A DNA stretch of 64,000 bases from Eledone cirrhosa (GCA_964016885.1 OZ024757.1:36518001-36582000), one strand, 5' to 3'; positions 1-12,867 are shown, counted from the first letter of the stretch. Notes: a model not told the origin generated them from the letters alone. A program made the numbers and translations.

Positions 1-2310
1 CTAGCATGGGTTAGACGGGTTGTCCTGTTGTTGGCAGTGTCTGGTCGGCTGACCATGCCTTGCTCATACAGGAACTGATTTGGCTTGATTTCTACAGCTG
101 GATGCCCTTCCTAACACCAACCTCATTTACAGTGAGTGATGGGTGCTTTTTCGTGGCGCCTACACCTCCACTTTACAGTGTGGGCTGGGTGCTTTTTTGC
201 CGTGGCACCTCCACGACCACCTTGCGGTGGGGGGTGTGGGGGCATATTGTCTATATGCTTCAGCTTGTACCCATGGGAGGTCGGGTACTCTGTATTACTG
301 CGTGACGCCAGAAGTCACGGTCGTGTGTCATTGTCTTTGAGAGGTGTAATTGGGTAAGGTCGGCTTTTATCACCTCATCCCAGGTCATCTTGGGTCTCCC
401 CACTCCATCAACTTCTAGTGCTCTGCACCTTTTTATGCATCTGTCATCCTTCATACGCATCACATGTCCATACCAGCGCAACCGCCTCTCCTGCACACAG
501 CATTTGATTCCTCTTATGCTCAGTCTCTCTCTCAATTCATTTATGCTTTGTCGTTCACGTATATTATTGTTACACATCCATCGGAGCATGCAGGCTTCGT
601 TTCTCTCTAATCTACGTAAGCCTTCCACCTTCAGCGCCCAGGTCTCACTACCATGCAACATCGCTGTTCGGATACACGCATCATACAGTTTGCCTTTCAT
701 TCTGAGGGAGAAGCCTTTTGCAGCTAGCAGTGGTAGTAGTTCCCTAAACTTCTTCCATCCCGTTCTTACCCTAGTTATTGCACTTTCTGAACACCCACCT
801 CCGTTGCTAATTCGGTCACCTAGGTAGCAGAAGCTGTCTACTGTTTCTACAGGGCCCTCCCAGAGATTGGTGGTACTTGTTTCCTGTGGCTGTTTGCTGT
901 TTGCTATCTCAGCACAGCTGCTGCATGTGAATCCTACATTCTTAATTAAGCTTCCTGAGATCCCGCTACATCTCTTGTGTACCCATTGTTTGCATTTGGG
1001 GCAGAGAATGGAGTGCCTACCTACACCTTTCCTACATACTGAGCAAGGCCATTTCCCTGAGGGGATCTGGGTTCTGTTTTCTCGTCTACTTACAAGGACC
1101 TTAGTCTTTGTCATGTTGACTTTGAGACCCTTTCTTTCTAGTCCCTGCTTCCACGTTTGGAATTTATTCTCTAGTTCTACCATAGATTCAGCTATGAGTG
1201 CGAGGTCATCAGCATACAGGAGTTCCCATGGGCATCCGGTCTTAAACTCCTCCGTTATTGCCTGCAGGACTATGATGAACAGGAGAGGGCTAAGAACAGA
1301 GCCCTGGTGGACCCCAACCTGTACGCTAAATTCCTCGCTATACTCATTGCTAATCCTAACTTTGCTGACTGCTCCCCTATACATGGCTTGTACCGCTTTC
1401 ACAAGCCATTCATCTACTCCTAGTTTTCTAAGAGCCCACCAGATTACAGCACGTGGAACTCTGTCAAAGGCTTTCTCAAGGTCGACAAATGCCAAGTAGA
1501 GTGGCTTACTTTTAGCTAGGTACTTTTCCTGTAATTGCCTCACAAGGAAGAGGACATCAGTGGTGCCTCTTCCTGGTACAAACCCAAATTGCATCTCGTC
1601 TATTTTCACCCGGTCCCTAATCAGCTGTGCTATAACTCTTTCTGTTACTTTCATGACCTGGTCCATCAACTTTATACCTCTATAGTTTCCTCTATCTAGT
1701 GTATCGCCTTTACCTTTGTAGCAGTTGACAATGATGCTACTGCACCAATCTTTTGGTATGGCCCCTTCTAGTATTACCTGGTTAACGATACGTGTGGTTA
1801 TAGTGTGACCTACAGACCCAGATGCCTTCAGCATCTCGGCAGCTATACCCGATGGACCGGTTGCCTTCCTCATCTTCATATCTTTGATTGCCTTACTTAC
1901 TACGCTGCCGCTGACTTGTACTGCTGGTCCCTCTATAGGGTCTACTTGGGGTAGGGTCTCTTCTTCCCATGCATTCTCCTCATTTAGTAATCTATCATAA
2001 TGACTCTTCCATGCATCTTTCTTCTCAGCACTTGTGAGGGCAAGCTCACCTTTATCATTCCGGATACACTTCTCTCCAATGACATCACAACTATCTCTGA
2101 CACACTGCCTCGCAATCTTGAATACCTCCTGTTTCTGGTCCTCACGTTGTAAGACATGCTTGAATTTTCTATCCTCTGCTTCCCTCCTAGCTAAGTATAC
2201 TTGTCGCCTAGCTTCCCTCTTGGTCTCTATGTAATGTACCCTGCTCCCCCCGTTCTTCCATTCTTTCCATGCCTGTCTCTTGGCCTTGACTGCTTCATCT
2301 ACCTTATTGT
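1..2310 (-). mobile_element. 5'-truncated RTE-clade LINE (RT domain, PHD-like finger, 3' UTR running off the window start)
   Basis: ORF 260..2521 has RT motifs ([42 protein letters not shown]) and the RTE C-terminus ([16 protein letters not shown]). The N-terminal YIYI stretch is (TA)n read-through; the element starts near 2310. The 3' UTR (1-259) matches 61620-61790 in reverse complement. Confidence 0.93.
260..2310 (-). CDS. Reverse transcriptase ORF remnant of the RTE LINE (no start codon, no endonuclease domain)
   Basis: Uninterrupted frame from [17 protein letters not shown] to the stop at 260; YADD catalytic motif; [20 protein letters not shown] finger. Confidence 0.85.
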
Positions 2311-2332
2311 ATATACGATATATATATATATG

Positions 2333-2386
<54 letters not shown>

Positions 2387-2401
2387 CATATATATATATA
2401 T

Positions 2402-2443
<42 letters not shown>

Positions 2444-2509
2444 TATATAAAATATATTACACAAAGAGAAGTGTGTTACACAGTGAGATGTGTGTAAAGA
2501 ATGATATGC

Positions 2510-2562
<53 letters not shown>

Positions 2563-2566
<4 letters not shown>

Positions 2567-2745
2567 AGAGCTTCCAACAGTAATGGTTGCATTCTTTCAG
2601 GGTATGTCAATATTTATTTATAAAACTGATCTATATTATATTTTATCTGATGAAAGCACACCATAATTTAACTTGATGTCCTTGAAATATGTATAATGAA
2701 ATAAATATGGTTTTATAAATATAATTTCCATTTGTTAATATCGTA
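2563..2745 (+). mobile_element. Short interspersed element family A with a hammerhead motif (Penelope-like pLTR remnant)
   Basis: Close reverse-complement copy at ~35008-35192; both copies are flanked by (TA)n. Confidence 0.7.
2639..2703 (+). ncRNA. Type I hammerhead ribozyme motif (family A)
   Basis: tattttat-CTGATGA-aag..cacc...gatgtcctt-GAAA-tatgta-TA-atgaaata; 8-bp stem I with one G-U pair. Confidence 0.7.
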
Positions 2746-2823
2746 TATATATATATATTTATCGTATATATATATATATATGTGTGTGTGTGTATATATA
2801 TATCCAGGTAAGCGCATTACAAC

Positions 2824-2910
2824 GGGGCCGATGAGCCACAGATTACAGAGTCGGGTAAGATCGATACAGATCAAACCTTGAGCTGATCAGTGGCGAAACG
2901 CGCGTCACCT
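2824..2910 (+). ncRNA. Hammerhead motif variant with a long stem II insert (family B)
   Basis: gggg-CCGATGA-gccac[~50 nt]gtggc-GAAA-cgcgcg-TC-acct; stem II base is perfect, loop III is palindromic, core has one substitution. Related sequence at 28050-28160 (+) and 50715-50790 (-). Confidence 0.55.
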
Positions 2911-2964
2911 ACCAATAAATGTAATGAAGGAGCAACCAATCGTCCTTGTTATCTTTTCACTATA

Positions 2965-3019
<55 letters not shown>

Positions 3020-3339
3020 TAACAAATGCTCTTCACGTGTAGTAGGTTATTAATTGCGAGTTATAGAAAATCCACTTTAAGCATTTAAATCCAAAATGTT
3101 ATTTCGAGGGAGGAAACTTCCGAGGACTGATCTTGTCCGGACGTGATGTGGTTTATATTTTAATGTCTCTGTATAGGGGGGTAGGGGATTAGGGTGATGA
3201 TGAGGAAGTAGAAGAGGCGGATAATAGAGTAGCGGATTGCCTGTAGCAGTGGGAGTAACAGGTGGTGGGGTGGCTGACGGTGTTTTGGTGTGTAGTTGTG
3301 TGTGCTGGTGGTGTTTGTGTGTGGGTATATATATATGTG

Positions 3340-3610
3340 TGTGTGTGTATATGTGTGTGTAAGTTTGTGTTTGATTGTAGGTTCATACATACACACATAT
3401 ATGTGTGTGTGTATGCAAGTTTGTGTTTGATTGTAGGTTCATACACACATATATATGTGTGTGTGTATGCAAGTTTGTGTTTGATTGTAGGTTCATACAC
3501 ACACACATATATGTGTGTGTGTATGCAAGTTTGTGTTTGATTGTAGGTTCATACACACACATATATATATGTGTGTGTGTATGCAAGTTTGTGTTTGATT
3601 GTACATACAC

Positions 3611-3612
<2 letters not shown>
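3340..3612. repeat. ~60-bp tandem repeat, 4-5 copies
   Basis: Recurring aagtttgtgtttgattgtaggttcatacacac. Confidence 0.85.
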
Positions 3613-3642
<30 letters not shown>

Positions 3643-4482
3643 ATGTGTCAGTGTGTGTGATACAATTCAATCGATTCTTTCCTTCCGTCCCTCCTCTCTC
3701 TGTCTTCCATAGACTCTTTCTCTCTCTCCTACTCTTTCACCCCCTCTCTCTCTCTCCTACTCTTTCACCCCTCTCTCTGTCCTACTCTCTCTCTCTCCCT
3801 CTCTCTCTCTTCCACCCCCTCTCTCCTACTCTTTGTTCTACCCCCCTCTCTCTAACAAACACTTATTGTAAAGCTACAGGAGAATCGTGTCTGAAAGAGT
3901 CGCCATTTATCAGTAGCCATTGATATTCACAGCATATCGTCTGCTTCTTCCAGTTTTTTTTCTTCTTCTTGTTCCTTTTGTTTCTTTTGGTTTTATTGTA
4001 TTTTGCTGTTGTTGTTGTTGTTGCTGTTGTTTCTATTTCTATTGCTATATTACCATAGCTTTACTGCCATCCAACTAACAAATCTCTTACGAATTCTTCA
4101 GCATGTCCACTCTCAATTCGTCTTGTTTCGGTGGGTGGAAGGGTTGGAGAGGTAGGATTGTGGTTGTGGTGGTTGTGGGGCTGGTGATGAAGGTGCTGGT
4201 GGTGGTGGTAGTGGTTGTGGGGCCGGTGACGAAGGTGGTGGTGATGGTGTTTGTGGGGTTGGTGGTGGTGGTGATGATGGTAGTGGTGGTGGTGGAAGAA
4301 CAGATGGTGGTGATGGTCGTCGTGGAGAAGCTGCTGGTGTTGGTGGTGGTGATGGTGGTGTGGGTGAAGTTGACGTTGTTCGGCAATGTTCGGTCGTGTT
4401 CGACTGTTCGCAATGGAATCACCATCATCAATATCATCATCATCAATATCATCATCATCTTCGTCATTAATAATGGAATGAC

Positions 4483-4518
<36 letters not shown>

Positions 4519-4584
4519 ATTCATCATTAACAATAATGGAACCACCATCATCATTATCATCATCACCATCATCCTCACGATCAA

Positions 4585-4706
4585 CATTAACACTATAGCA
4601 TAACTGAAGACTGAGTTTGGGGATTCTCTTGAGAATAACATGTTATTTCATTAACACTATAGAATAACCGAAGACTGGGTTTTGGGATTCTCTTGAGAAT
4701 AACATA
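4585..4706. repeat. ~63-bp direct duplication
   Basis: cattaacactatag...gggattctcttgagaataacat occurs twice. Confidence 0.8.
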
Positions 4707-4715
4707 TGTTCATTA

Positions 4716-4905
4716 TTGGCAGTATCGGTAGAGGGTTGGACGCCATGCTTTCTAGCATAGTTACGTCCCTTTACAGTCTGAGTTCAAATCCCGCCGAGGT
4801 TAACTTTGCCTTTCATCCTTACGAGTGGAGGGGGGGGGTCGATAAAAAAGTACCAGTAATGCATTGGGGTCGATTTAATCAACTTTCCTCTTCTCCTAAA
4901 TTGTT
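4716..4905 (+). mobile_element. tRNA-derived SINE, family 1
   Basis: A-box-like tggcagtatcgg, B-box gagttcaaatccc, conserved body gcctttcatccttacg..ggggtcgataaa..agtaccag; about ten copies in the window. Confidence 0.85.
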
Positions 4906-5025
4906 GACCCCAGAGCTCATTCGCTCACCGAGTGAGGTGGACCTCGGCAAACCGGACCAAGGAAACAGTGTTTCCATTGGTCTTTCCATTGCTGATACTA
5001 TCTATCGGTCGCAAGTTCTGACAGA

Positions 5026-5143
5026 AGGAGCAACGTGAAATGAAGTGTCTTGCTCAAGGACATAACGCATCACTCGATCCGAGAATTGAACTCACAACCT
5101 CACGATTACGAATCCAATTCTCTAACCACTCAGCCACATGACT
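5026..5143 (-). mobile_element. tRNA-derived SINE, family 2 (CORE-like)
   Basis: Reverse strand reads tggctgagtggtta (A box), gagttcaattctc (B box), tccttgagcaagacactt; second copy at 11735-11856. Confidence 0.75.
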
Positions 5144-5429
5144 TCACTATTGAAGACATAAGAGCATTTTCTTTTTCTCTCTTTTACTTTCTCATACTTT
5201 TATGTATTTATTTATTTACTGGTTTCAATCATTGAACCACGACCATGCTGGGGCACTATCTTAAGGGGATTTCAGTCGATTTTTTCGAGGTCGATAGAAT
5301 AAAGTACCAGTCAAATACTGGGGAGAGAGGTGTCGATATAATCGAGTTCTTCCCCTCCTCTCACTCAAAATTTCAGGCCTTGCGCCTGTGTTAGAAACCA
5401 TTACAGTCCGCCATCAGATGGCTGTTAAA

Positions 5430-6198
5430 AATATACCACACACACACATAGATATAATATACCACACACATAGAGATAATATACCACACACATAGAGATA
5501 ATATACCACACACATACAGATAATATACCACACACATAGAGATAATATACCACACACATAGATATAATATACCACACACATACAGATAATATACCACACA
5601 CATAGATATAATATACCACACACATACAGATAATATACCACACACATAGAGATAATATACCACACACATAGATATAATATACCACACACATACAGATAAT
5701 ATACCACACACATACAGATAATATACCACACACATAGATATAATATACCACACACATACAGATAATATACCACACACATAGATATAATATACCACACACA
5801 TACAGATAATATACCACACACATAGAGATAATATACCACACACATAGATATAATATACCACACACATACAGATAATATACCACACACATACAGATAATAT
5901 ACCACACACATACAGATAATATACCACATACATACAGAGATAATATACCACACACATATGGATAATATACCACACACATATGGATAATATACCACACACA
6001 CATAGAGATAATATACCACACACACATAGAGATAATATACCACACACACATACAGATAATATACCACACACATATAGAGATAATATACCATACACACATA
6101 CAGAAATATACGACGCACACACACATACACACGCACAGAAAATATACCACACACACAGAAAATATACCACACACACACACAGAAAATATACCACACAC

Positions 6199-6253
<55 letters not shown>

Positions 6254-6260
6254 ATATAGG
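5430..6260. repeat. 22-bp minisatellite grading into (CA)n
   Basis: Unit gataatataccacacacataca/taga, about 30 copies. Confidence 0.95.
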
Positions 6261-6504
6261 ACAGACAGAAGCCATGGGAAAGCTTTATCGGCAGGAAATG
6301 TAGCCGAGCTGGTGTTTAGAACATAACTTAAAGGTTTTGGGATGGATATAGATAGGTTCTTTGACGTTTTTGTCGTCAGGTTTCTGGTGAAAATTCCTGC
6401 CAAAGTTACATAACATTCTGATGGATGTTATTAGAGAAATATAAACATTTTAACACTTTCGTTACCGTATTTCTAACGACATGGATAATATATTACAACA
6501 CAGT

Positions 6505-7000
6505 GAATACTCTACAAACACAGAAAAATGCTTTACAAACACAGAAAAATGCTTTACAAACACAGAAAATACTCTATAATCAGAGAAAATACTCTACAAA
6601 CACAGAAAAATGCTCTACAAACAGAAAATACTCTACAAACCCAGAAAAATGCTCTACAAACAGAAAAATATATTATAAACACAGAAAATACTCTACAATC
6701 AGAGAAAATTATTCTACAAACACAGAAAAATGCTCTACAAACATAGAAAAATGCTCTACAAACACAGAAAAATGCTCTACAAACACAGAAAAATGCTCTA
6801 CAAACATAGAAAAATGCTCTACAAACACAGAAAAATTCTCTACAAACACAGAAAAATATTCTACAAATGGACAAAATGCTCTACAAACAGAAAATACTCT
6901 ACAAACACAGAAAAATGCTCTACAAGCACAAGAAAATACTCTACAAACGCAAACAAATTTTCTACAATCCACATATACCACAAACACAGAAAATACAGCT
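6505..7000. repeat. ~21-bp minisatellite
   Basis: Unit aaacacagaaaaatgctctac. Confidence 0.92.
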
Positions 7001-7378
7001 CAGAGACAAGAAACTACGCTTCAAACGCAGAAACTACACCAAATATTATACAGAAAAACAGCACAAACGGCAAAAAATACCCGAAAATAAACACAGAAGA
7101 TGTACAGAGAGAGAGAGAGAGAAATGGTTCTATTTTTAGTTGATTTATTTTGAAAGAATTTGGTTTCTATCGATATTGTATGAGGATTTGTCTGAGAGAA
7201 ACAAGTTTTCGGCTGATTGCCAAAAATATAACATTTAACGGTGGTTTCCAATAATATTTGTTTAATATATCCAATCTCTGTTTATCTATATGTGTTTGTG
7301 TGTGTGTGTTTGTATTCATCTACATATCTATATATATACGCATTGTATGTGTATGTGCGTATGCATGTATATATAATG

Positions 7379-7425
<47 letters not shown>

Positions 7426-7621
7426 ACATAATCGATTAACTTTTAATTTACAATTGTGATAACATTTTACACGTTTTTATTGTATGTAAACTCCCCCCTT
7501 TGTAATTGTCTCCTTCTTTTGTGCTCCTGTGGCTAATAAAGAAACATCTATCTATTTATAATTGTAGCAAGGTTGCTTGGATGCGTCCATAGGCGGTATG
7601 CCTCTACAGAGCAGAGTATAA

Positions 7622-7853
7622 TAATATGGAAAACGAAGAATCAGTGATGCATCGGAACACAATTTATTAACGTATTACAATTGTTTCTCCGTCGAACAGC
7701 TCCAGGTACGAACTACTGGATTCGCAAGTTCCTCAGATACGTTTAGCGACTTCGAAGCAAATCATCTGACTGTAATAGATAGAGGATTCGCCAGAGAAAC
7801 AATTGTAATACGTTAATATATTGTTTCGATGCATCACTGATTCTTCGTTTTCC

Positions 7854-7860
<7 letters not shown>
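7622..7860. repeat. Head-to-head inverted repeat (family C)
   Basis: 7622-7690 is the reverse complement of about 7793-7860 with a few mismatches. Confidence 0.85.
7671..7741 (-). ncRNA. Type I hammerhead ribozyme motif (family C)
   Basis: Reverse strand: cgtat-CTGAGGA-[..cgaa tccag..ctgga..ttcg..]-GAAA-caattg-TA-atacg; perfect stem I and palindromic loop III. Confidence 0.72.
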
Positions 7861-7890
<30 letters not shown>

Positions 7891-8097
7891 CATGTGTGTG
7901 TATATATATATATATGTGTGAAGACAGCATATATATGTGAAGGTATGTATATTTCCTCTGATAGTTTGTAAAATTTTTACATAGATCTATATGATATACA
8001 TACCAACACACACATATATCCTAGAAACGATCGTAAAATGATGAATTTTTTAATATAAGGAACTTGTTCTTTGTTTTTATTCATTGTTTTTATTAAT

Positions 8098-8130
<33 letters not shown>

Positions 8131-8158
8131 AATACATGTATGTATGTATGTATATATA

Positions 8159-8567
8159 GGGAGAGATGACCCCTTAGCCTTTGTCAAGGCAGGATTCTAG
8201 GAGAAGGAAAACTCTGATATAACACCTGCAACTCTGATGGTATCCAATGATGTTGACTTGTTCTTCTTTTTGGTAAATATCATCTTGGTTAAGAGAGTGG
8301 GACTGGCTTTGTGCAGTGCCTTTGCTCACTATAAAAGCTTCACGGCACAGGCATTGCTTTATATCTGGAGATCTCTCTGCACTTGTCGTCACATGGTACC
8401 ATGGGCCCAGCACTATGTGTCAATAATTGTCACAAGTGTAGTGTTTGTACCAGAGTTTTCATGTCGCTGGCTGGACTAAAATGTCACACTTGTTCAGCGC
8501 ATCGGTAGGGGTTCTCCTACATGGATATAAAGTAGTGGCCGTACTCGAAAACGAGTTGGCAGCCACC
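8159..8567 (+). mobile_element. Non-autonomous RTE derivative, copy 1
   Basis: Near-identical to 42371-42757 and 61917-62217 in reverse complement; 8431-8508 reads HKCSVCTRVFMSLAGLKCHTCSAHR*, like the RTE C-terminal zinc finger; ends ggcagccacc(ATAT)n. Confidence 0.75.
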
Positions 8568-9145
8568 ATATATATATACATGTGTGTATGCATGTATATA
8601 AGAACTCTTAGTTGTTCGTTAATTACTAAATTAATTAACCGGTGTTAAATTAGATTTTCTCTCATCTGTATTGATTTAAATTTAAAAATGTGGGTGCAGG
8701 TGGACGAGAGTACGTGGGCAGCTGGTTAGAAACGAAATGGTGCACAGAACAGAATAGCTCAAATACTTTACTGTAACCAATGTTTGGTTCTGTCTTTTAA
8801 GTAATGCTGGCAGTGACAAGGGAGTTTAGGGAGAGAAACAAACAAACAAACAGCAACAATAACAACAACAGCACCACCACCACCAACAGTAACACCAGCA
8901 ACAACACTAACAACAACAGCACCACCACCACCAACAGTAACACCAGCAACAACACTAACAACAACACCAACAACAACAAGACTAACAACAACACCAACAG
9001 CAACAACACCCCACCACCAACAACAACAACTCTAACACCACCAATAGCAACATCAGCACCAACAACAAGACTAACAACAGCAACAACAACAACACTAACA
9101 CCACCGCCAACAATAGCAACACCACCAACATTATTATTTTTATCA

Positions 9146-9540
9146 TGCCAGTATCGGTAGAGTGTCAGACACCATGCTTTGCAGCATAGAGTTACGGTCC
9201 TTTACAGTCTGAATTCAAATCCCACCGAGGTTAACTTCGGCTTTCATCCTTACGGGGTCGATAAATAAAGTACAAGTCATGTACTGGGGTCGATTTAATC
9301 GACCCCCCCCTCCAAATTACTGGCCTTGTGTCTATATAAGAAACCATGGTGGATTGGCAGTATAGTTAGAGGGTCGGACACCATGCTATTCAGTATAGTT
9401 ACGTCCATTACGGTCTGAGTTCAAATCCTGCCAAGGTTAACTTTACCTTTCATCCTTACGGGGGTCGATAAAATAAAGTACCAGTAATACACTGAGGTAA
9501 TTGCTGGCGTTGTGCCTAAAGTAGAAACAATTATTATTAA
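9146..9540 (+). mobile_element. Two tandem SINE family 1 copies
   Basis: Two successive units, each with cagtat..., gagttcaaatcc and ggggtcgataaa motifs. Confidence 0.85.
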
Positions 9541-10491
9541 TAATATTCTAGTGTTGTATGTGTCATTACAGTTTTTCCTGTGATCTGTCATTTGTTGCCT
9601 GCCTTGGTTGTCACTGGTTGCGGTTCTTCTTTGGAAATATTCTCAAGATATCGTGAGTAATGTCGAATATCTTATTTTTCTAAAAGAAGCTACCTGCAGT
9701 TTTCGGCCCCAGGGGCCGCCTTTGTTTTTTGCTCTTTTTCCATTTGAAAATCTGTTTCATCAGAGCTTTTCTTTTTCACAATGGCGTCAAACAAACAAAA
9801 TGGAGGAAGGTATGTATGTGTGTATGTCTCTCTCTCTCTCCCTATGTGTGTGTGTATATGTGTGTGTGTCTATATATATGTGTGTGTGTCTATATATATA
9901 TGTGTGTGTGTGTGTGTAGGATGTTATTGCAATGGCTGTCTGTGGTTTTGTGATATTTTTTCTGCTTTTTCTTGTTTTTTTCTTTTTCTTTTTCTTTATT
10001 TAACGTTTCATCTTTCTTTCTTTTTCTTTATTTAACCATTCATCTTTCTTTCTTTTTCTTTATTTAACTATTTATCTTTCTTTCTTTTTCCTAAAATCAT
10101 CACCATAATCATCATCTTCCTCTTTTTCTTTTCTTTTCTGGTGTCGACGATGATGATGATGGTGGTCTTAGTTGTTGTTGTTGTTATGGAGGTAGTAATG
10201 GTGGTTATTATGGCTGTTGTTGTTGTTGTGTATTTTGTTAATAGTAACTGTTGTTAATAATGTAGTGGTGGTGGAGGAGGAGGTGGTGGTGGAGGTGGTG
10301 GTGGTGGTGGTGGAGGAGGAGGTGGTGGCTGTGGTTGTTGTTGTTGTTGTTCAGTGAACCTTCAGAATTCAAACTTCAATAATTAAAATCCTGATTCGTG
10401 ATTTTTTTTTCACCAACAACTCCTCCTCCTCTCCTCCCACCACCTCCCTCACTCTCCCACCAACACAACCCCTCCCTCGTTCTCCCCCTTA

Positions 10492-10870
10492 GTGGTGGTG
10501 GTGGTGGTGTTAGTGGTGGCAGTGGTAGTGGTGGTGTTAGTAGTGGTGGTGGTGTTAGTGGTGGTGGTGGTGTTAGTGGTGGTGGTGGTGGCAGTGGTGG
10601 TGGTGTTAGTGGTGGTAGTGGTTGTGGTGGCAGTGGTGGTGGTGGCAGTGGTGGTGGTGGTGGTGGTGTTAGTGGTGGTGGTGGTGTTAGTGGTGGTAGT
10701 GGTGGCAGTGGTTGTGGTGGCAGTGGTGGTGGTGGTGGTGTTAGTGGTGGTGGTGGTGTTAGTGGTGGCAGTGGTTGTGGTGGCAGTGGTGGCAGTGGTG
10801 GTGGTGTTAGTAGTGGTGGTGGTGGTGGTGTTAGTGGTGGCAGTGGTGGTGGTGGTGGTTGTGGTGGTGA
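10492..10870. repeat. (GGT)n-derived low-complexity repeat
   Basis: ggtggtggtgttagt / ggcagt variants. Confidence 0.9.
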
Positions 10871-11120
10871 AGGTAGTACAGTTAGAATCTTGAAATTCTC
10901 AACAGTAACCTATATACCGTTTGTTTGTTGTTGTTGTTGACGTGACATATCAAACTAAAGGTGTTATGAGATGTGACTTCTCACACCTGTTAATTACAGG
11001 TGACGCTCTTCAACATGTCGACTATATTTCGTTAATATATTGATTTGATCACGAGTCGTTACAGTGCCGGATTAAATGTTTTACTGTCTATAAACCGGCC
11101 CCCACTCACCTATCTATATA

Positions 11121-11481
11121 TTGGGTTAACAATCCTGACGTTAGGAGGGAGATCAGCTTTGGGTTAACAATCCTGACGATAGGGGGAGATCAGCTTTGGG
11201 TTAACAATCCTAACGATAGGGGGGAGATCAGCTTTGGGTTAACAATCCTGACGATAGGGGGGAGATCAGCTTTGGGTTAACAATCCTGACGATAGGGGGG
11301 AGATCAGCTTTGGGTTAACAATCCTGACGATAGGGGGGAGATCAGCTTTGGGTTAACAATCCTGACGATAGGGGGGAGATCAGCTTTGGGTTAACAATCC
11401 TGACGATAGGGGGGAGATCAGCTTTGGGTTAACAATCCTGACGTTAGGGGGGAGATCAGCTTTGGGTTAACAATCCTGACG
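11121..11481. repeat. 38-bp minisatellite, about 9.5 copies
   Basis: Unit tttgggttaacaatcctgacgataggggggagatcagc, no spacers. Confidence 0.95.
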
Positions 11482-11734
11482 TATGTGGGTGACTAAGAAC
11501 AAGCCATCGTGGGAAAATGTGTCGTCGAATTTTCGCTACAACTGAATATGAACTCAGGCGTCTGTGCAACTCTACAACTGATATGTCTCTTGTAGTAGAT
11601 TGTGTGTGTGGGTGTGACAGCTCACACCTTTGCAGGTTTAGCTGGCCTCCTCCAAGGTGTATCTTGTTGGAGGTGTCTTGGATAATTTTAATAATAGGGA
11701 CCCCAGTCCTATCATCTCATTTCTACAGCTGAGT

Positions 11735-11856
11735 AAACTGGAGCAACGTGAAATAAAGTGTCTTGCTCAAGGCAACATCACATCACCCGGTCCGAGAATT
11801 GAACTCACAACCTTTCGATTGCAAGCCCAATGCTCTAACCACTAAGCCATACGCCT
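11735..11856 (-). mobile_element. SINE family 2 copy
   Basis: Aligns with 5026-5143 (ggagcaacgtgaaat..gtgtcttgctcaagg..gagaattgaactcacaacc..ctaaccact). Confidence 0.75.
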
Positions 11857-12101
11857 TCACTTGTAGTAGATTCCAGGTCGTTGTTTCAACCCACAACTGT
11901 CCTACATGCCAACGGAATACCCACTGGTTTGCTTCAATTGTTCAACGAAATCAACCAATGAATTTCTAATTTCTTTCTTTCCCAAGCGGACATTTTACCG
12001 ACGGGAAACATTTTTTTAATTAGTTTCGGTCACCGTTTTTAGCTTCCATTTATAATGACCAAACTTAACGATCACTCATATTGTTTTGTGTGTGTGTGTG
12101 T

Positions 12102-12155
<54 letters not shown>

Positions 12156-12611
12156 TTGTGTGTGGTTTTGTGTGTGTGTGTGTGTTTTTTGTGTGGTTAT
12201 GTATGTGGTTTTTATGTGCGTGTGTGTGTGGTTTTCTGTGTTCTTTTTGTGTGAGTGTGTGTATATTTTTTGTGTGAGTGTGTGTATATTTTTTGTGTGT
12301 GTTTGTGTGTATGCTTTTTGTGTGTGTGTGTGTATGTGTGTACAGTTTTGTGTGTGTATGAGGTATAACAGTAATTCACAACTACAGCGGGTTTGTTGAA
12401 AAAAAGGTAAATGTGTGTGTGGGGAGTAGGGTGGCTGTAGTTGAGGGGAAAAACAGAAATAACGCTCGGCAGTTCTTTGAGCAACATGGCTTCTTGTATA
12501 TATATATTTATATATATATATGTGTCTGTGTGTGTGTGTATATATGTGTATATACACACACATGTATATATATATAAACACAAATATATACATGTGTGCG
12601 TGTAAATGTAT

Positions 12612-12642
<31 letters not shown>

Positions 12643-12648
12643 GATGTA

Positions 12649-12699
<51 letters not shown>

Positions 12700-12818
12700 A
12701 TATACACACACATATATATACACACACAAATATATACATGTGTAAATGTATGTATATATATATATATATGTATGTGGATGTATATATGTATATATATATG
12801 TATATATATGTGTTTATG

Positions 12819-12867
<49 letters not shown>

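Noticed and set aside
390-1499. Plus-strand ORFs of 145 and 210 aa
   Set aside because: Antisense shadows of the RTE reverse transcriptase frame.
4716-4800. tRNA gene (A and B boxes)
   Set aside because: No cloverleaf; it is the head of a multicopy SINE.
10398-10940. Gly/Ser-rich 180-aa ORF
   Set aside because: (GGT)n microsatellite, non-ATG start, no splice support.
11121-11481. CRISPR-like 38-bp repeat, also containing CTGACGA
   Set aside because: No spacers and no cas genes in a eukaryotic context; no GAAA half, so not a hammerhead either.
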